DNA from: an uncultured Solibacteraceae bacterium
GTDB taxonomy: Bacteria > Acidobacteriota > Terriglobia > 20CM-2-55-15
NCBI GenBank assembly: GCA_964584785.1
Contig: CAZPBY010000011.1
Location: 65,877 to 129,876, forward strand
Length of the DNA: 64,000 nucleotides
Reading direction: 5' to 3'
Under the pieces are notes generated by a model that did no database searches, was not told the DNA's origin, and saw only the letters and a list, made by a program, of their open reading frames with translations. A program made the translations under genes and the position numbers. This document shows positions 40,686 to 50,715 of this stretch, piece after piece (position 1 is the first letter of the stretch; each line of letters opens with the position of its first letter).

Positions 40686-43004
40686 TCAGAATGACCGTGC
40701 CGTCAATGCCGACTTCACTCTTTCCGGCGTAAACGGCACCTGACGTAGGCGCAATCCCGTCGCGTCGAACACCGCGTTCGCAATCGCCGCCGCGACAATC
40801 GTGACGGCAGTTTCTCCGGCGCCCATCGCCCTTTCCTCAGGGCGATTGATTAACACGGTTTCAATCCTGGGGATACTCGCGCCGACCGCCAGTGGACGAT
40901 ACGTCCGCCAATCCACGGACGTGACCTTCTCCGCGTCCCACGTGACTTCCTCCAGCAGCGTCCGGCTGACGCCGTGAAGCGCGCCACCCTCGAGTTGATT
41001 CTTCAATCCATCAGGATTCGAAATCGGACCCGAGTCGTTGGCGATCACCAGACGCTTGACCGTGATGACGCCGGTATCCTGATTCACGTCCACTTCCGCA
41101 ACCATCGCGCAATATCCGTTGTCGCCTTCATACAGCACCGAGGACATACCGCGGCCTGACGCAACGCCGTTGCGCCGTATACCCGAGCGGGGCGACGGCC
41201 GTGTCTCCCAATTCGCGGTCTTAGTCACGGTCTTCACGACCTCGATTAAACGCGGATCGCGAAGATGCCGGAGTCGATACTCCACCGGATCCACGCGAAG
41301 CGATGCCGCGATCTCATCGATGAACGATTCGTGTGCAAACGAATTCTGCAGGCGTTCCGGCGATCGCAACGGTCCCGTGAAAAACGGCGACTTCACGTTA
41401 TGGATCAAAACTCGAACGCTGCCGACATTGCCCGTACCGCCGGAGTAATACGATGGAACGGCATTGTTGCCGTTGGAGTAGTTGCCGGGTTCGGGCGCCG
41501 GCGATCTCGCCGCAAACGGTTGCGGGCTGAACCCTGCAAGAAATCCGCCGGCGACATTACCCGGCGCGTTGGCTCCAGGCCGTCCGCCCATCACGGCGGA
41601 CCATGATTCGTGGTCCCACGCCGCGATCGATCCGTCCGCGTTCAAGGCGGCGCGTTCGTCGATGACGAATGCGTAGCCGTAGTTCTCCCAGGCCATCTCG
41701 TCTTTCCGTGTGAGCTGCACTCGAACGGGCTTGCCCACGGCCTGCGACAACATCGCGGCGTCGTACGAAACCGAGTCCGCCTGATTGACGCCGTAGCATC
41801 CGGAACCCTGACGATAGATGACGTGGACATCCTCGGGCTTCATGCCAAGGACTATCGCCATCGATGCCTTCAGCGGATACACCGCTTGAGTCGGAGACCA
41901 GATCGTCGCCTTGTTGGCCTGAACGTCGGCGACGGCGCACGAACTGCCGATCGATCCGTGCATCTGGTACGGATACTGATACGTTGCTTTCACGACCTTC
42001 GGCGCGGCGCCGAGTTTCGCGTCGACGTCCTTTGCATTCACTGCAAGTGTGTCGCGAGTGGGTTTCGTATTGCGCAGATAGTCTGCGAAGTTCGCGTAGG
42101 AGGGCAGTCCTTCGCCGGCGCTCCAGTTGATCTTCAGTTTGTTCGCCGCCTGAATCGCCTGCCACGGTTTTTCCGCGACGACGCCCACGAAGTTCTTCTT
42201 CACGACGACCTTCACGAGGCCCGGCATTCCCGCGACCGACGATTCATCCACGCTCACCACATTCGCACCGACGGCCGGCGGCCTGACGACGCGTCCGTGG
42301 AGCATTCCCGGAACCTTCACGTTGTGCGCATACTCATGGCGTCCTGTGACGATTGCCGGAATGTCGAGCCGCTGAACCGGCTTTCCGAGAACCGCCCATT
42401 CGCTTGCGGGTTTCCGTTTGGCGCTGCGATTGAGGGTTACGGCGAATTTCCTGCCGCCGATCAACTCGCCGTACGTGATCTTCTTCGACGGCTCCGACTT
42501 CGCGGTGATGACGCCGTCTTTCAACGTCACTTGATCGGCCGCCACGCCAAGCTGCTTCGAGCCGGCGGCCAGCAGAGCCTCGCGAGCCGTCGCTCCGGCG
42601 AGAGCCAGCGCGCCCTGATTGAAATTGGTGGGATGAGATTGCGCGCCGGACGTGGTTCCCTGGTCGGGCGTGAAAGCCGTGTCGCATTGAATCAGTTTTA
42701 CGCGCGAGATCGGAACGCTGAGCTCTTCGGCAATCAGTTGTGTTTGCGCCGTAAAGAGCCCCTGGCCGATTTCGCACTTGCCCGTGTAGGCCGTGACGTT
42801 GCCGGCGCTGTCGATCGCGATCCAGCCGTCGAGGTCGTTGCTGCTCGCGCCGTCGAGACGCGGCGCGGGCGCTTGTCCGCGCTGGATGCGGAGCAGTGGG
42901 GCGGCGAGTCCGGCCAAGCTGAATTGAACGATGAATGCGCGTCGTGAGATGAGCGGAGCGAATGTGAGCCCGATAGGGCGAAACCATAAACCTATGGGAT
43001 TCAT
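40686..43004 (-). CDS. Molybdopterin-binding aldehyde/isoquinoline oxidoreductase beta subunit (IorB/PaoC-like), Tat-exported
   Basis: Start refined to MNPIGLWFRPIGLTFAPLISRRAFIV (twin-Arg motif). RBS aaggggtgaagg. ATGA overlap with the upstream 2Fe-2S subunit. XDH/aldehyde-oxidase MoCo-binding domains. The long ORF-track extension to 43352 is rejected. Confidence 0.75.
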   Translation of the reverse strand: MNPIGLWFRPIGLTFAPLISRRAFIVQFSLAGLAAPLLRIQRGQAPAPRLDGASSNDLDGWIAIDSAGNVTAYTGKCEIGQGLFTAQTQLIAEELSVPISRVKLIQCDTAFTPDQGTTSGAQSHPTNFNQGALALAGATAREALLAAGSKQLGVAADQVTLKDGVITAKSEPSKKITYGELIGGRKFAVTLNRSAKRKPASEWAVLGKPVQRLDIPAIVTGRHEYAHNVKVPGMLHGRVVRPPAVGANVVSVDESSVAGMPGLVKVVVKKNFVGVVAEKPWQAIQAANKLKINWSAGEGLPSYANFADYLRNTKPTRDTLAVNAKDVDAKLGAAPKVVKATYQYPYQMHGSIGSSCAVADVQANKATIWSPTQAVYPLKASMAIVLGMKPEDVHVIYRQGSGCYGVNQADSVSYDAAMLSQAVGKPVRVQLTRKDEMAWENYGYAFVIDERAALNADGSIAAWDHESWSAVMGGRPGANAPGNVAGGFLAGFSPQPFAARSPAPEPGNYSNGNNAVPSYYSGGTGNVGSVRVLIHNVKSPFFTGPLRSPERLQNSFAHESFIDEIAASLRVDPVEYRLRHLRDPRLIEVVKTVTKTANWETRPSPRSGIRRNGVASGRGMSSVLYEGDNGYCAMVAEVDVNQDTGVITVKRLVIANDSGPISNPDGLKNQLEGGALHGVSRTLLEEVTWDAEKVTSVDWRTYRPLAVGASIPRIETVLINRPEERAMGAGETAVTIVAAAIANAVFDATGLRLRQVPFTPERVKSALTARSF

Positions 43005-43468
43005 ACCTTCACCCCTTTCGCATATTTCTGAATCGCGGTCATCATGCGCGTATGGACGTGGCAGCGGCACAACACGTTCGACATCGCCTGCTGGATTTGC
43101 GGTTCCGTCGCTCGTGGATTGCGGTCGAGGAACGCTTTGGCGGTCATGATGACGCCGTTGATACAGAAGCCGCATTGGACGGCCTGTTCGTCGATGAACG
43201 ACTGCTGGATCGGGTGCGGCTTTTCGATCGTACCCAGTCCCTCCAGCGTCGTGATGTCGCCGCCGGCGACGTTGCTGACCGGCGTAATGCACGACCGGAT
43301 AGCTTCGCCTTTCACGATCACCGTGCACGCGCCGCACTGTCCCAGGCCGCATCCGAATTTCGGCGCTCGATAGTCCAGGTCGTCGCTGAGTACGTACAAC
43401 AGCGGAGTCGCCGGGTCAACGTCGACCGTGTGGCTCCGCCCGTTCACATTCAGTCTTATGGTTGGCAT
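43001..43468 (-). CDS. (2Fe-2S)-binding subunit of IorAB-type oxidoreductase
   Basis: Cys ligands CGLGQCGAC… and CGFC…C.C in the XDH small-subunit pattern. Confidence 0.8.
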   Translation of the reverse strand: MPTIRLNVNGRSHTVDVDPATPLLYVLSDDLDYRAPKFGCGLGQCGACTVIVKGEAIRSCITPVSNVAGGDITTLEGLGTIEKPHPIQQSFIDEQAVQCGFCINGVIMTAKAFLDRNPRATEPQIQQAMSNVLCRCHVHTRMMTAIQKYAKGVKV

Positions 43469-43498
43469 AGCCCGCGATTCTACACCCGGCAGGATTAG

Positions 43499-43590
43499 CG
43501 AACGAAGCCCGTCGCTGTGCTCCGGGTTCTGACATTCCTCGCAAGAGCCACAGTGTTCAGAACCCGGAGCGCAGCGACGGAATCAGTGAC
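43499..43590. repeat. REP/MITE-like palindromic element, copy 4 (divergent-promoter context)
   Basis: gaacgaagcccgtcgctgtgctccgggttctgaca…cacagtgttcagaacccggagcgcagcgacggaatcagtgacg. Confidence 0.7.
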
Positions 43591-43696
43591 GTTATCTATT
43601 CGTAATCACATCAATTCCTTACACTCGGTCTATCTAAGCAGTTGTTTTCCAGTGACTTAAGGTGGTACAACTGGCTGGATCGGATGGAGGATATGA

Positions 43697-46219
43697 ATGT
43701 CAAATCGATCGTCGGTGCTGCTCGGCAGCGCGATCATTTCGGTCATTGCACTCGGCACTTTTAATTTTGCGCAACAGCCCACGAGCCCGAAGCCTTCGAT
43801 AACAGCTACACCATCAACGTCTCTTAGGCGAACGGCAGCATCGACAGCATCATCTGCAACTCCCGCGATGACGTTGGATGCGCAGAACGCGATGGTCAAG
43901 CAATACTGCAGCGGTTGCCACAACGACAAACTCAAAACCGGCGACATGTCGTTGACTCAAATCGACCTCGCGCATCCGGAGAAGAATCCCGAGCTGGCCG
44001 AAAAAATGATTCGCAAATTGCGTGTGGGAGTGATGCCTCCGGCGGGCAATCCAAGACCTCCGGCGGAGACGGCAAAAGCGTTCGTTTCGGCTCTTGAAAG
44101 CTCCATCGATAAAGTGGCGGCATTGAACCCGAATCCCGGCCGGCGCCCATTTCAACGATTGACGCGCACGGAATACGCTCGCTCGGTTCACGATCTTCTC
44201 GACATCGATGTCGACGTCGCGGCGCTGCTTCCTCCTGACACGTTGAGCGACGGCTTCGACAACATCGCGGACTCTCAGGCATTTTCGCCGACGCTGCTCG
44301 AAGGCTACATGCGCGCCGCTGCGAAGATCAGCCGCGATGCGCTCGGCGATCCGAAAGCCACGCCGGCTTCGGTGGTTTTCAAAACCGACAGGACGGCGTC
44401 GCAAATGCGTCACGTCGACGGCGCCCCGATGGGAACTCGCGGCGGCATCTCGGTTGTCTACAACTTTCCCGCGGACGGCGAGTACAACTTCCGCGCGCTG
44501 ATGCACGGAACGTCGGAGGGTGCGTTGTTCGGCTGGATTTCGGGCGAGCAGTTGGAATTCTCGATCGATGGCGACCGCATTTACCTTCAGGAACTCGATC
44601 CGCGAATGTCCGAGACGCAACCGACCGGCCTGAACGTCACAAGCGGCCGCGTCTTCGTCAAAGCGGGATCGCATCGGGTATCGGTGGCGTTCATTCAAAA
44701 ACATTCCGGTGTGGTCGACGACAACATCACGCCGATCGAACACACACTGGCTGACGTCGACATCGGCGATTATCGCGAGTTGACGATCTTCCCGCACGTT
44801 CGTGAACTCGAAGTCGCCGGGCCGTTCAACGCGACCGGTGTATCCGATACCGACAGCCGACGCAAGGTTTTCAAGTGCCGTCCGACAACTCCCAACGAAG
44901 AAGTGCCGTGCGCCACGAAGATCGTCACCGATCTTGCCGCCCGCGCCTATCGCCGGCCCACGACAACCGAAGATCTCGAAGGTCTGATGACCTTCTACGA
45001 TCGCGGCCGTAAAGCTGCGGATTTTGAAACCGGCGTCCGCACGGCCCTGCAGGCGATTCTGGCAAGTCCGAAATTCGTTTTTAGATTCGAACAGCAGCCC
45101 GCGACCGTGAAGCCGGGACAGGTCTATCGCGTTTCCGATCTCGAACTGGCGTCGCGTCTATCGTATTTCCTCTGGAACACGCTGCCCGACGACGATCTGA
45201 TCGCTGTCGCTAAACAGGGAAGGCTGCGAGATCCACTCGTGCTCGAGAAACAAATCCGCCGCATGCTGATGGACCCGAAAGCGGAATCGATCTCGACGAA
45301 ATTCGCCGGTCAATGGCTGCACCTTCCCGATCTCGACAACATCCATCCCGACGCGTTTTATTATCCGCAATACGACCACACGCTCGCCGAATCGATGAGG
45401 CGCGAGACCGAGCTCTTTTTCCACAGCATCGTCCGCGAAGATCGCAACGTGGTCGATCTGCTGACGGCGAATCACACATTCGTGAATGAACGCCTGGCGA
45501 AACACTATGGAATTCCGAACATCCTCGGTGAAAAATTCCGCCGCGTCGAATTGACCGACGATTATCGCCGTGGGCTTCTCGGAAAGGGTTCGGTGCTGAC
45601 GCTCACCAGTGTTGCAGAGCGGACGTCGCCCGTTCAGCGCGGCAAGTGGGTGATGGTGGTGTTGTTTGGCACGCCGCCGCCACCGCCTCCACCGGTCGTT
45701 CCGAAACTGGAGGAAACGGCAGCTGCGGCGGATGGAAAGTCGCTGACGGTTCGCGAGCGCATGGAGATCCATCGCGCCAATCCATCGTGCAATTCGTGCC
45801 ACCGGTTGATCGATCCGATCGGGCTCGCGCTCGAGAATTTCGATGTGACGGGCGCCTGGAGAACGCTGGATCGTACGGCATCGATCGGCGATGCAGGCGT
45901 TCGCATTCGATCTGTCGGCGTGGCGATCGACACGAACACCACGCTTTATGATGGAACCAGGTTGGACGGTCCCGCCACTCTGAGGCAGGCGATCGTCAAT
46001 CACTCGGATGCGTTCATCAACAACCTGACCGAGAAGCTCACGGAGTACGCCCTCGGGCGCCGAGTCGAGTATTACGACATGCCATTGATCCGAACGATCA
46101 CAAGAGACGCGGCAAAGAACAACAATCGCTTTTCCTCATTGGTACTGGGAATCGTGAAGAGCCCGGCCTTCCAAATGAGCAAAGCGGAAGCGGCGCCCAC
46201 TGACGCGCCCAACAAGTAG
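43697..46219 (+). CDS. DUF1592/DUF1588-type (planctomycete PSD/PSCyt-like) exported protein with two CXXCH motifs
   Basis: Signal peptide. CSGCH (…MVKQYCSGCHND…) and CNSCH (…ANPSCNSCHRLIDP…). Domain order typical of DUF1587/1592/1595/1588/1585 proteins. Confidence 0.7.
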   Translation: MSNRSSVLLGSAIISVIALGTFNFAQQPTSPKPSITATPSTSLRRTAASTASSATPAMTLDAQNAMVKQYCSGCHNDKLKTGDMSLTQIDLAHPEKNPELAEKMIRKLRVGVMPPAGNPRPPAETAKAFVSALESSIDKVAALNPNPGRRPFQRLTRTEYARSVHDLLDIDVDVAALLPPDTLSDGFDNIADSQAFSPTLLEGYMRAAAKISRDALGDPKATPASVVFKTDRTASQMRHVDGAPMGTRGGISVVYNFPADGEYNFRALMHGTSEGALFGWISGEQLEFSIDGDRIYLQELDPRMSETQPTGLNVTSGRVFVKAGSHRVSVAFIQKHSGVVDDNITPIEHTLADVDIGDYRELTIFPHVRELEVAGPFNATGVSDTDSRRKVFKCRPTTPNEEVPCATKIVTDLAARAYRRPTTTEDLEGLMTFYDRGRKAADFETGVRTALQAILASPKFVFRFEQQPATVKPGQVYRVSDLELASRLSYFLWNTLPDDDLIAVAKQGRLRDPLVLEKQIRRMLMDPKAESISTKFAGQWLHLPDLDNIHPDAFYYPQYDHTLAESMRRETELFFHSIVREDRNVVDLLTANHTFVNERLAKHYGIPNILGEKFRRVELTDDYRRGLLGKGSVLTLTSVAERTSPVQRGKWVMVVLFGTPPPPPPPVVPKLEETAAAADGKSLTVRERMEIHRANPSCNSCHRLIDPIGLALENFDVTGAWRTLDRTASIGDAGVRIRSVGVAIDTNTTLYDGTRLDGPATLRQAIVNHSDAFINNLTEKLTEYALGRRVEYYDMPLIRTITRDAAKNNNRFSSLVLGIVKSPAFQMSKAEAAPTDAPNK

Positions 46220-46229
46220 GAGGAACGGA

Positions 46230-47603
46230 ATGTTTATCACGAAGGAACACATTTCACGCCGCACCATGCTGCGCGGCATGGGCGCCACCGCAGTGGCTCT
46301 GCCTTTCCTGGAATCCATGGTGCCCGCAATGTCCGCGGCCGCAGCGAAACCGAAGACCCGGCTCGCTGTGATCGAGATGGTCCACGGCGCGGCCGGCAGT
46401 ACGGTGATCGGCCGCGAAAAGAATCTCTGGGCGCCGGCCGCCGAAGGCCGGGAGTTCGATCTGAGCCAGGGAAACCTCCTTCCGCTGGAACCGTGGAAAG
46501 ATCACATCACGATTCCGAGCAACACCGATATGCATCCCGCCGAAGCATACGAACTGCACGAACTGGGCGGCGATCACTTCCGTGCCAGCGCGGTGTTCCT
46601 GACGCAGGCGCATCCGAAACAGACACAAGGCTCCGACATTTATTGCGGCACATCGTTCGATCAGGTCTATGCGCAGGCGGCGGGTCAGGACACGCCGCTG
46701 CCGTCGATCCAGCTTTCCATCGAGAGCGTCGATCAGGCCGGCGGCTGCGCGTACAACTATTCGTGCGTTTACACCGACTCAATCAGCTGGGCGTCGCCAA
46801 CCAAACCGCTGCCGATGGTCCGCGATCCCCGCATGGTCTTCGATATGTTGTTCGGCGCCGGCACCACCGTCGAAGAACGCGCCGAGCGCATGGGTACCGA
46901 CAAGAGCATTCTCGATTGGATCACTCACGAAGTCGCCGGCCTGAAGAATACGCTGCCGAAGTCCGACCGAACGCGCCTTGACGAGTACCTCGAAAACGTT
47001 CGCGAGATCGAACGCCGTATTGAACGGATCGAACAGCGGAATCGGAGCGGCGAAGCCCGACTGTTGCCGAGCGCTCCGGTCGGTGTTCCCGATTCTTATG
47101 AAGAGCATGTGAAGTTGATGTACGACCTGCAGACGACCGCGTTTGCCGGCGACATCACGCGAGTTTCCGCGTTTAAGATGAGCCGCGACGTTTCAGGCCG
47201 CGCATTCCCGGAGAGCGGCAACAATGCTGGGTTCCATGGCGCCTCGCATCACGGCGAAAACGAGCAGCGCATCATTCAATTCGGTTTGATTAACAAGTAT
47301 CACGTGAGCCTGGTTGCATACTTCATCGAGAAGCTGAAGAAGACCACGGACCTTGACGGCAATTCGCTTCTCGACAACACACTGGTTGTGTACGGATCGC
47401 CCATGGGCGACGGCAACCTTCACAACCATAAACGCGTTCCGGTGTTCCTTGCGGGCCATGCGGGCGGACAGCTCAAAGGCCGTCTGCACCTGAAAGCGCC
47501 GGACGGGACGCCGACCGCGAACATTTACCTGACTCTGTTACACAAACTGGGGCTGGACGACGTCGCCGTCTTCGGTGACAGCACCGGAGAGCTCGCACTG
47601 TAA
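46230..47603 (+). CDS. DUF1552-family protein with Tat signal, the usual partner of DUF1592 proteins
   Basis: SRRTMLRGMGATAVALPFLES twin-Arg signal. Characteristic pairing immediately downstream of the DUF1592 gene. Confidence 0.7.
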   Translation: MFITKEHISRRTMLRGMGATAVALPFLESMVPAMSAAAAKPKTRLAVIEMVHGAAGSTVIGREKNLWAPAAEGREFDLSQGNLLPLEPWKDHITIPSNTDMHPAEAYELHELGGDHFRASAVFLTQAHPKQTQGSDIYCGTSFDQVYAQAAGQDTPLPSIQLSIESVDQAGGCAYNYSCVYTDSISWASPTKPLPMVRDPRMVFDMLFGAGTTVEERAERMGTDKSILDWITHEVAGLKNTLPKSDRTRLDEYLENVREIERRIERIEQRNRSGEARLLPSAPVGVPDSYEEHVKLMYDLQTTAFAGDITRVSAFKMSRDVSGRAFPESGNNAGFHGASHHGENEQRIIQFGLINKYHVSLVAYFIEKLKKTTDLDGNSLLDNTLVVYGSPMGDGNLHNHKRVPVFLAGHAGGQLKGRLHLKAPDGTPTANIYLTLLHKLGLDDVAVFGDSTGELAL

Positions 47604-47615
47604 AGAGGAGAACAC

Positions 47616-49410
47616 CATGTTGCGTAGAAACCTGATAATCGGACTCGCGATGGCCCTGATCGGCGTCATTTGTGCGGCGTCCTTGATCATCGGCGCGGCG
47701 GAAGATTCCCGCGTGGCGAACGCTGCGATGAAAGGCGATAAAGACGCCGTCCGTTCGCTGATCAAGCAGGCCGCGGACGTCAACGCCGCTCAGGGCGACG
47801 GCATGACCGCTCTGCACTGGGCCGCGATGAACAACGACGCCGACCTTGCGCAGATGCTGCTCTATGCCGGCGCCAACATCCGAGCCGCGACGCGAATCGG
47901 CGGTTACACGCCGCTCTTCATGGCCGCGAAAAACGGATCGGCCGCGGTGCTCGACATTCTTCTCAAGAACGGCGCGGATCCGAAAGCCAAAGGCATCGAT
48001 GGCCTGACTCCTCTGATGATGGCCGCCATGGGAGGCGATCGTGAGACGGTCCGGCTGCTCATCGAGAAGGGTGCCGATGTCAACGCGAAGGAAAGCGAGC
48101 TCGGTCAGACCGCGGTGATGTTCGCCGCAGCTTTCGATCGTCCGGCAGTGATCGAGGAACTTGCGAAGCAGGGTGCAGACTTGAATCTCGCGACGCCCGT
48201 AAAACCGCCGGCACAACAGGTCCGCGGAAACTTTGCCCAGCAGCAGCCTCAACCGCAAACCGCCCAGCAAGCCGAGCCACCGCAAGCCGCGCAGCGCGGT
48301 CAACGCGGACAGCGTGGCGCACAAACTCCGCAGGCGGGCGCTCAACCCGCGCAACAACCGCAGCAGGCTCAGCAACAGCAGCCGCAACAACAACAGCCGC
48401 CGATCGATATCGGAACGCGCGGCGGCGGCAATCCGCGCGGCGGTTTGACGCCATTGATGTATGCGTCTCGCGAGGGCAGCTTGTCCGCCGCCAAGGCATT
48501 GGTTCAGTCGGGCGTCAAGCTGAATGAGTTGAGCGCGGACAAGAGCAGCGCCTTGCTGCTCGCATCCATCAACGGCAAGTTCGACGTTGCGAAGTTTCTG
48601 GTCGAACAGGGCGCCGATGTGAATCTCGAAAGCATGGACGGCGCAACGGCACTCAACGCCGTTGTGCACACCCAGTGGTCGCGCGAATCGTTCCACCCGC
48701 AGCCGTCGATCAAGCAGGAACAGACGTCGTATATCGATCTGATGAAGATGATGCTCGATCGCGGCGCCAATCCCAATGCCCGGATTACGAAAGCCCTCTG
48801 GTACAGCTCGTACGGATACGTTTACGAAGGCACGAGCGAGATCGGAACAACGCCATTCTGGAGATGCGCTCAGGTCGCGGATGTCGATGGCATGCGCTTA
48901 CTGATCTCCCGCGGCGCCGATCCGACGCTGCCCAACAAGGATGGCGTCAACGCATTCCTCGCGGCCTCCGGAGCCGGCACTCACGGCAACGATGAAGTCA
49001 ATCACCCGGCAGGCCGGTTGTCTGCGGTGAAGTATCTCGTCGAAGAACTTCGGTTTGACGTGAACGCCGCCGACAACGGCACCACATTCCGCGGCGAAGC
49101 CGCGCAACAGGCCCGGCAACAGCAGCAGCCACAACAGGGCCAGCCTCAGCAACCGCCTCAACAGAATCCGTTCGGCGGAATGGGCGCAGGCGGTTTTACC
49201 GCGATCCACAACGCCGCGTCGCGCGGTGATAACGAGATGATTCTCTATCTGGTGTCCAAGGGCGCCAAGGTGGACGTTGCGACAGGCGCCGGAATCACGC
49301 CGGTCGATATGGCGAACGGTCCTCGTCAGCGCGTCCAGCCCTTCGCAGACACCATCGCGCTCCTGGAGATGCTTGGAGCGAAAAACAACCACAAGTGCGT
49401 TTCCTGCTAA
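47616..49410 (+). CDS. Exported ankyrin-repeat protein with Gln/Pro-rich low-complexity inserts
   Basis: Start at ATG 47616 (RBS aaagaggaga). The ORF-track start at 47575 lies inside the upstream gene. N-terminal TM/signal. Repeated …G.TALHWAA..G…v..LL..GA… ankyrin units. Q/P-rich linkers. Confidence 0.75.
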
Positions 49411-49423
49411 GCTGACAAACGAC

Positions 49424-49508
49424 GCACGAAGCCCGTCGCTGTGCTCCGGGTTCTGACAGTCGCGGCACAATGTTCAGAACCCGGAGCGCAGCGACGGGCT
49501 TCGTGCCG
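49424..49508. repeat. REP/MITE-like palindromic element, copy 5
   Basis: gcacgaagcccgtcgctgtgctccgggttctgaca…cacaatgttcagaacccggagcgcagcgacgggcttcgtgccg. Convergent context. Confidence 0.7.
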
Positions 49509-49535
49509 TGAAGTAGCATTCGCGGGACCAAACGA

Positions 49536-50708
49536 TCAGTGCGACATGCGGATCACCTGGTTGTAGCTTTCCAGGCGGCCGGCGTGGAATTCCTTGAGCA
49601 GGTCTTGTATCGACGAAAGCAGACTGGCGCGGATGCTCGGTGGCTGGAAGCGCCGGCCGCTGGCAACCGAGCGGATAAACACACTCCTGGAGTCGAGCGG
49701 CAAACCGGCAACGTTGTCATAGAAATGCCGCCAGTCGTCGTTCTGCTGGAACAAATACTGCTCGACATTCGATGTGTAGAACGCCGACACGTTGGCGCCA
49801 TGATCCTTTAGATATCGGGCAACGTTGCGCAGCGCGCGGTCTCCCGCGAAATCGCCGACGAGCGGAACGATCACATTGCGTTTTTCGAGATCCTGAAGAA
49901 CGTGAAAGCTTTCGGCGCTGGCCAGATAACTGCGATTGTGACCCTCTTCGTCGGTTTCCATCATGAGCTGCGCGTAAGTCGGCATTCCGCGCATTCCTCC
50001 GAAGCGGTAGCCTCCGCCAAATCCTCCTGCGCCCGCACCGAATGCGCCTCCGCCGACGCCGAATGTGTAAGCCAGATCGGGCCCGGCTTCGAAAAATGCG
50101 CTGTAGACATAACGAATATTGCGCTCGTCTTCGGCGGACAATTTGAAGTGATGATGCTCGGTCAGGTGCGCGAGCAAGGCTTTCAGATTTTCCTCGAAGA
50201 GTTTTTCATCGTGCTCGATCTGCAGGTATGCCTGCAGCAGCGACTCGGCGGTGTCGTCGGCCATCAGGCCCTCGGGCTGAGGCCGTGAAAACAATCGCGA
50301 TAGAAACTCGACGCGATCGGCGGACATTTCGATCAGCGCCTTGTACATCAGGTGCTCGAGCATGTTCTGGCGGCGGATATCGACGATGAACGAGATCTTC
50401 GGTTCGAGGGCCACGATATACGTGAAGTTCTGGTCGGGGCCGACGCCGAGATACACGCCGTCCGGCGCCCGGTCCTTCTTCAGTTCCGACACCACCCACT
50501 GGAACTGACGTTCGTTGGAGACGAAATTATCGGAGCGAAAAAAGCCGTTCGCTTCCGAGAAGTCCGAGACCATCTGCCAGAAATCCGCGTCGCTGATTTC
50601 TCTCGGCAGGTTTGCGGCGACGGTGCGGGGTGCCGGCGCGAGCCACAGCAATACCGTGATCGCCACGGCCGCGATCGCACCCGCAACAAGACTGCGCCGT
50701 CTATTCAT
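49536..50708 (-). CDS. Exported hypothetical protein with an internal Gly-rich segment
   Basis: N-terminal signal/TM (SLVAGAIAAVAITVLLWLAPAP). GVGGGAFGAGAGGFGGGYRFGG block. No family recognised. Confidence 0.45.
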   Translation of the reverse strand: MNRRRSLVAGAIAAVAITVLLWLAPAPRTVAANLPREISDADFWQMVSDFSEANGFFRSDNFVSNERQFQWVVSELKKDRAPDGVYLGVGPDQNFTYIVALEPKISFIVDIRRQNMLEHLMYKALIEMSADRVEFLSRLFSRPQPEGLMADDTAESLLQAYLQIEHDEKLFEENLKALLAHLTEHHHFKLSAEDERNIRYVYSAFFEAGPDLAYTFGVGGGAFGAGAGGFGGGYRFGGMRGMPTYAQLMMETDEEGHNRSYLASAESFHVLQDLEKRNVIVPLVGDFAGDRALRNVARYLKDHGANVSAFYTSNVEQYLFQQNDDWRHFYDNVAGLPLDSRSVFIRSVASGRRFQPPSIRASLLSSIQDLLKEFHAGRLESYNQVIRMSH

Positions 50709-50715
50709 CGTTATC

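Noticed and set aside
41610-42947. 445-aa plus-strand ORF
   Set aside because: Antisense to the IorB-like MoCo subunit.
40686-43352. Full 888-aa extent of the ORF containing IorB
   Set aside because: The first 116 codons run through the upstream 2Fe-2S gene in another frame. The true start is the Tat-signal Met at 43004, with RBS and ATGA coupling.
43850-46003. Minus-strand ORFs of 315 and 281 aa
   Set aside because: Antisense to the DUF1592 gene.
47473-48696. 407-aa minus-strand ORF
   Set aside because: Antisense to the ankyrin-repeat gene. Leu/Arg-rich.
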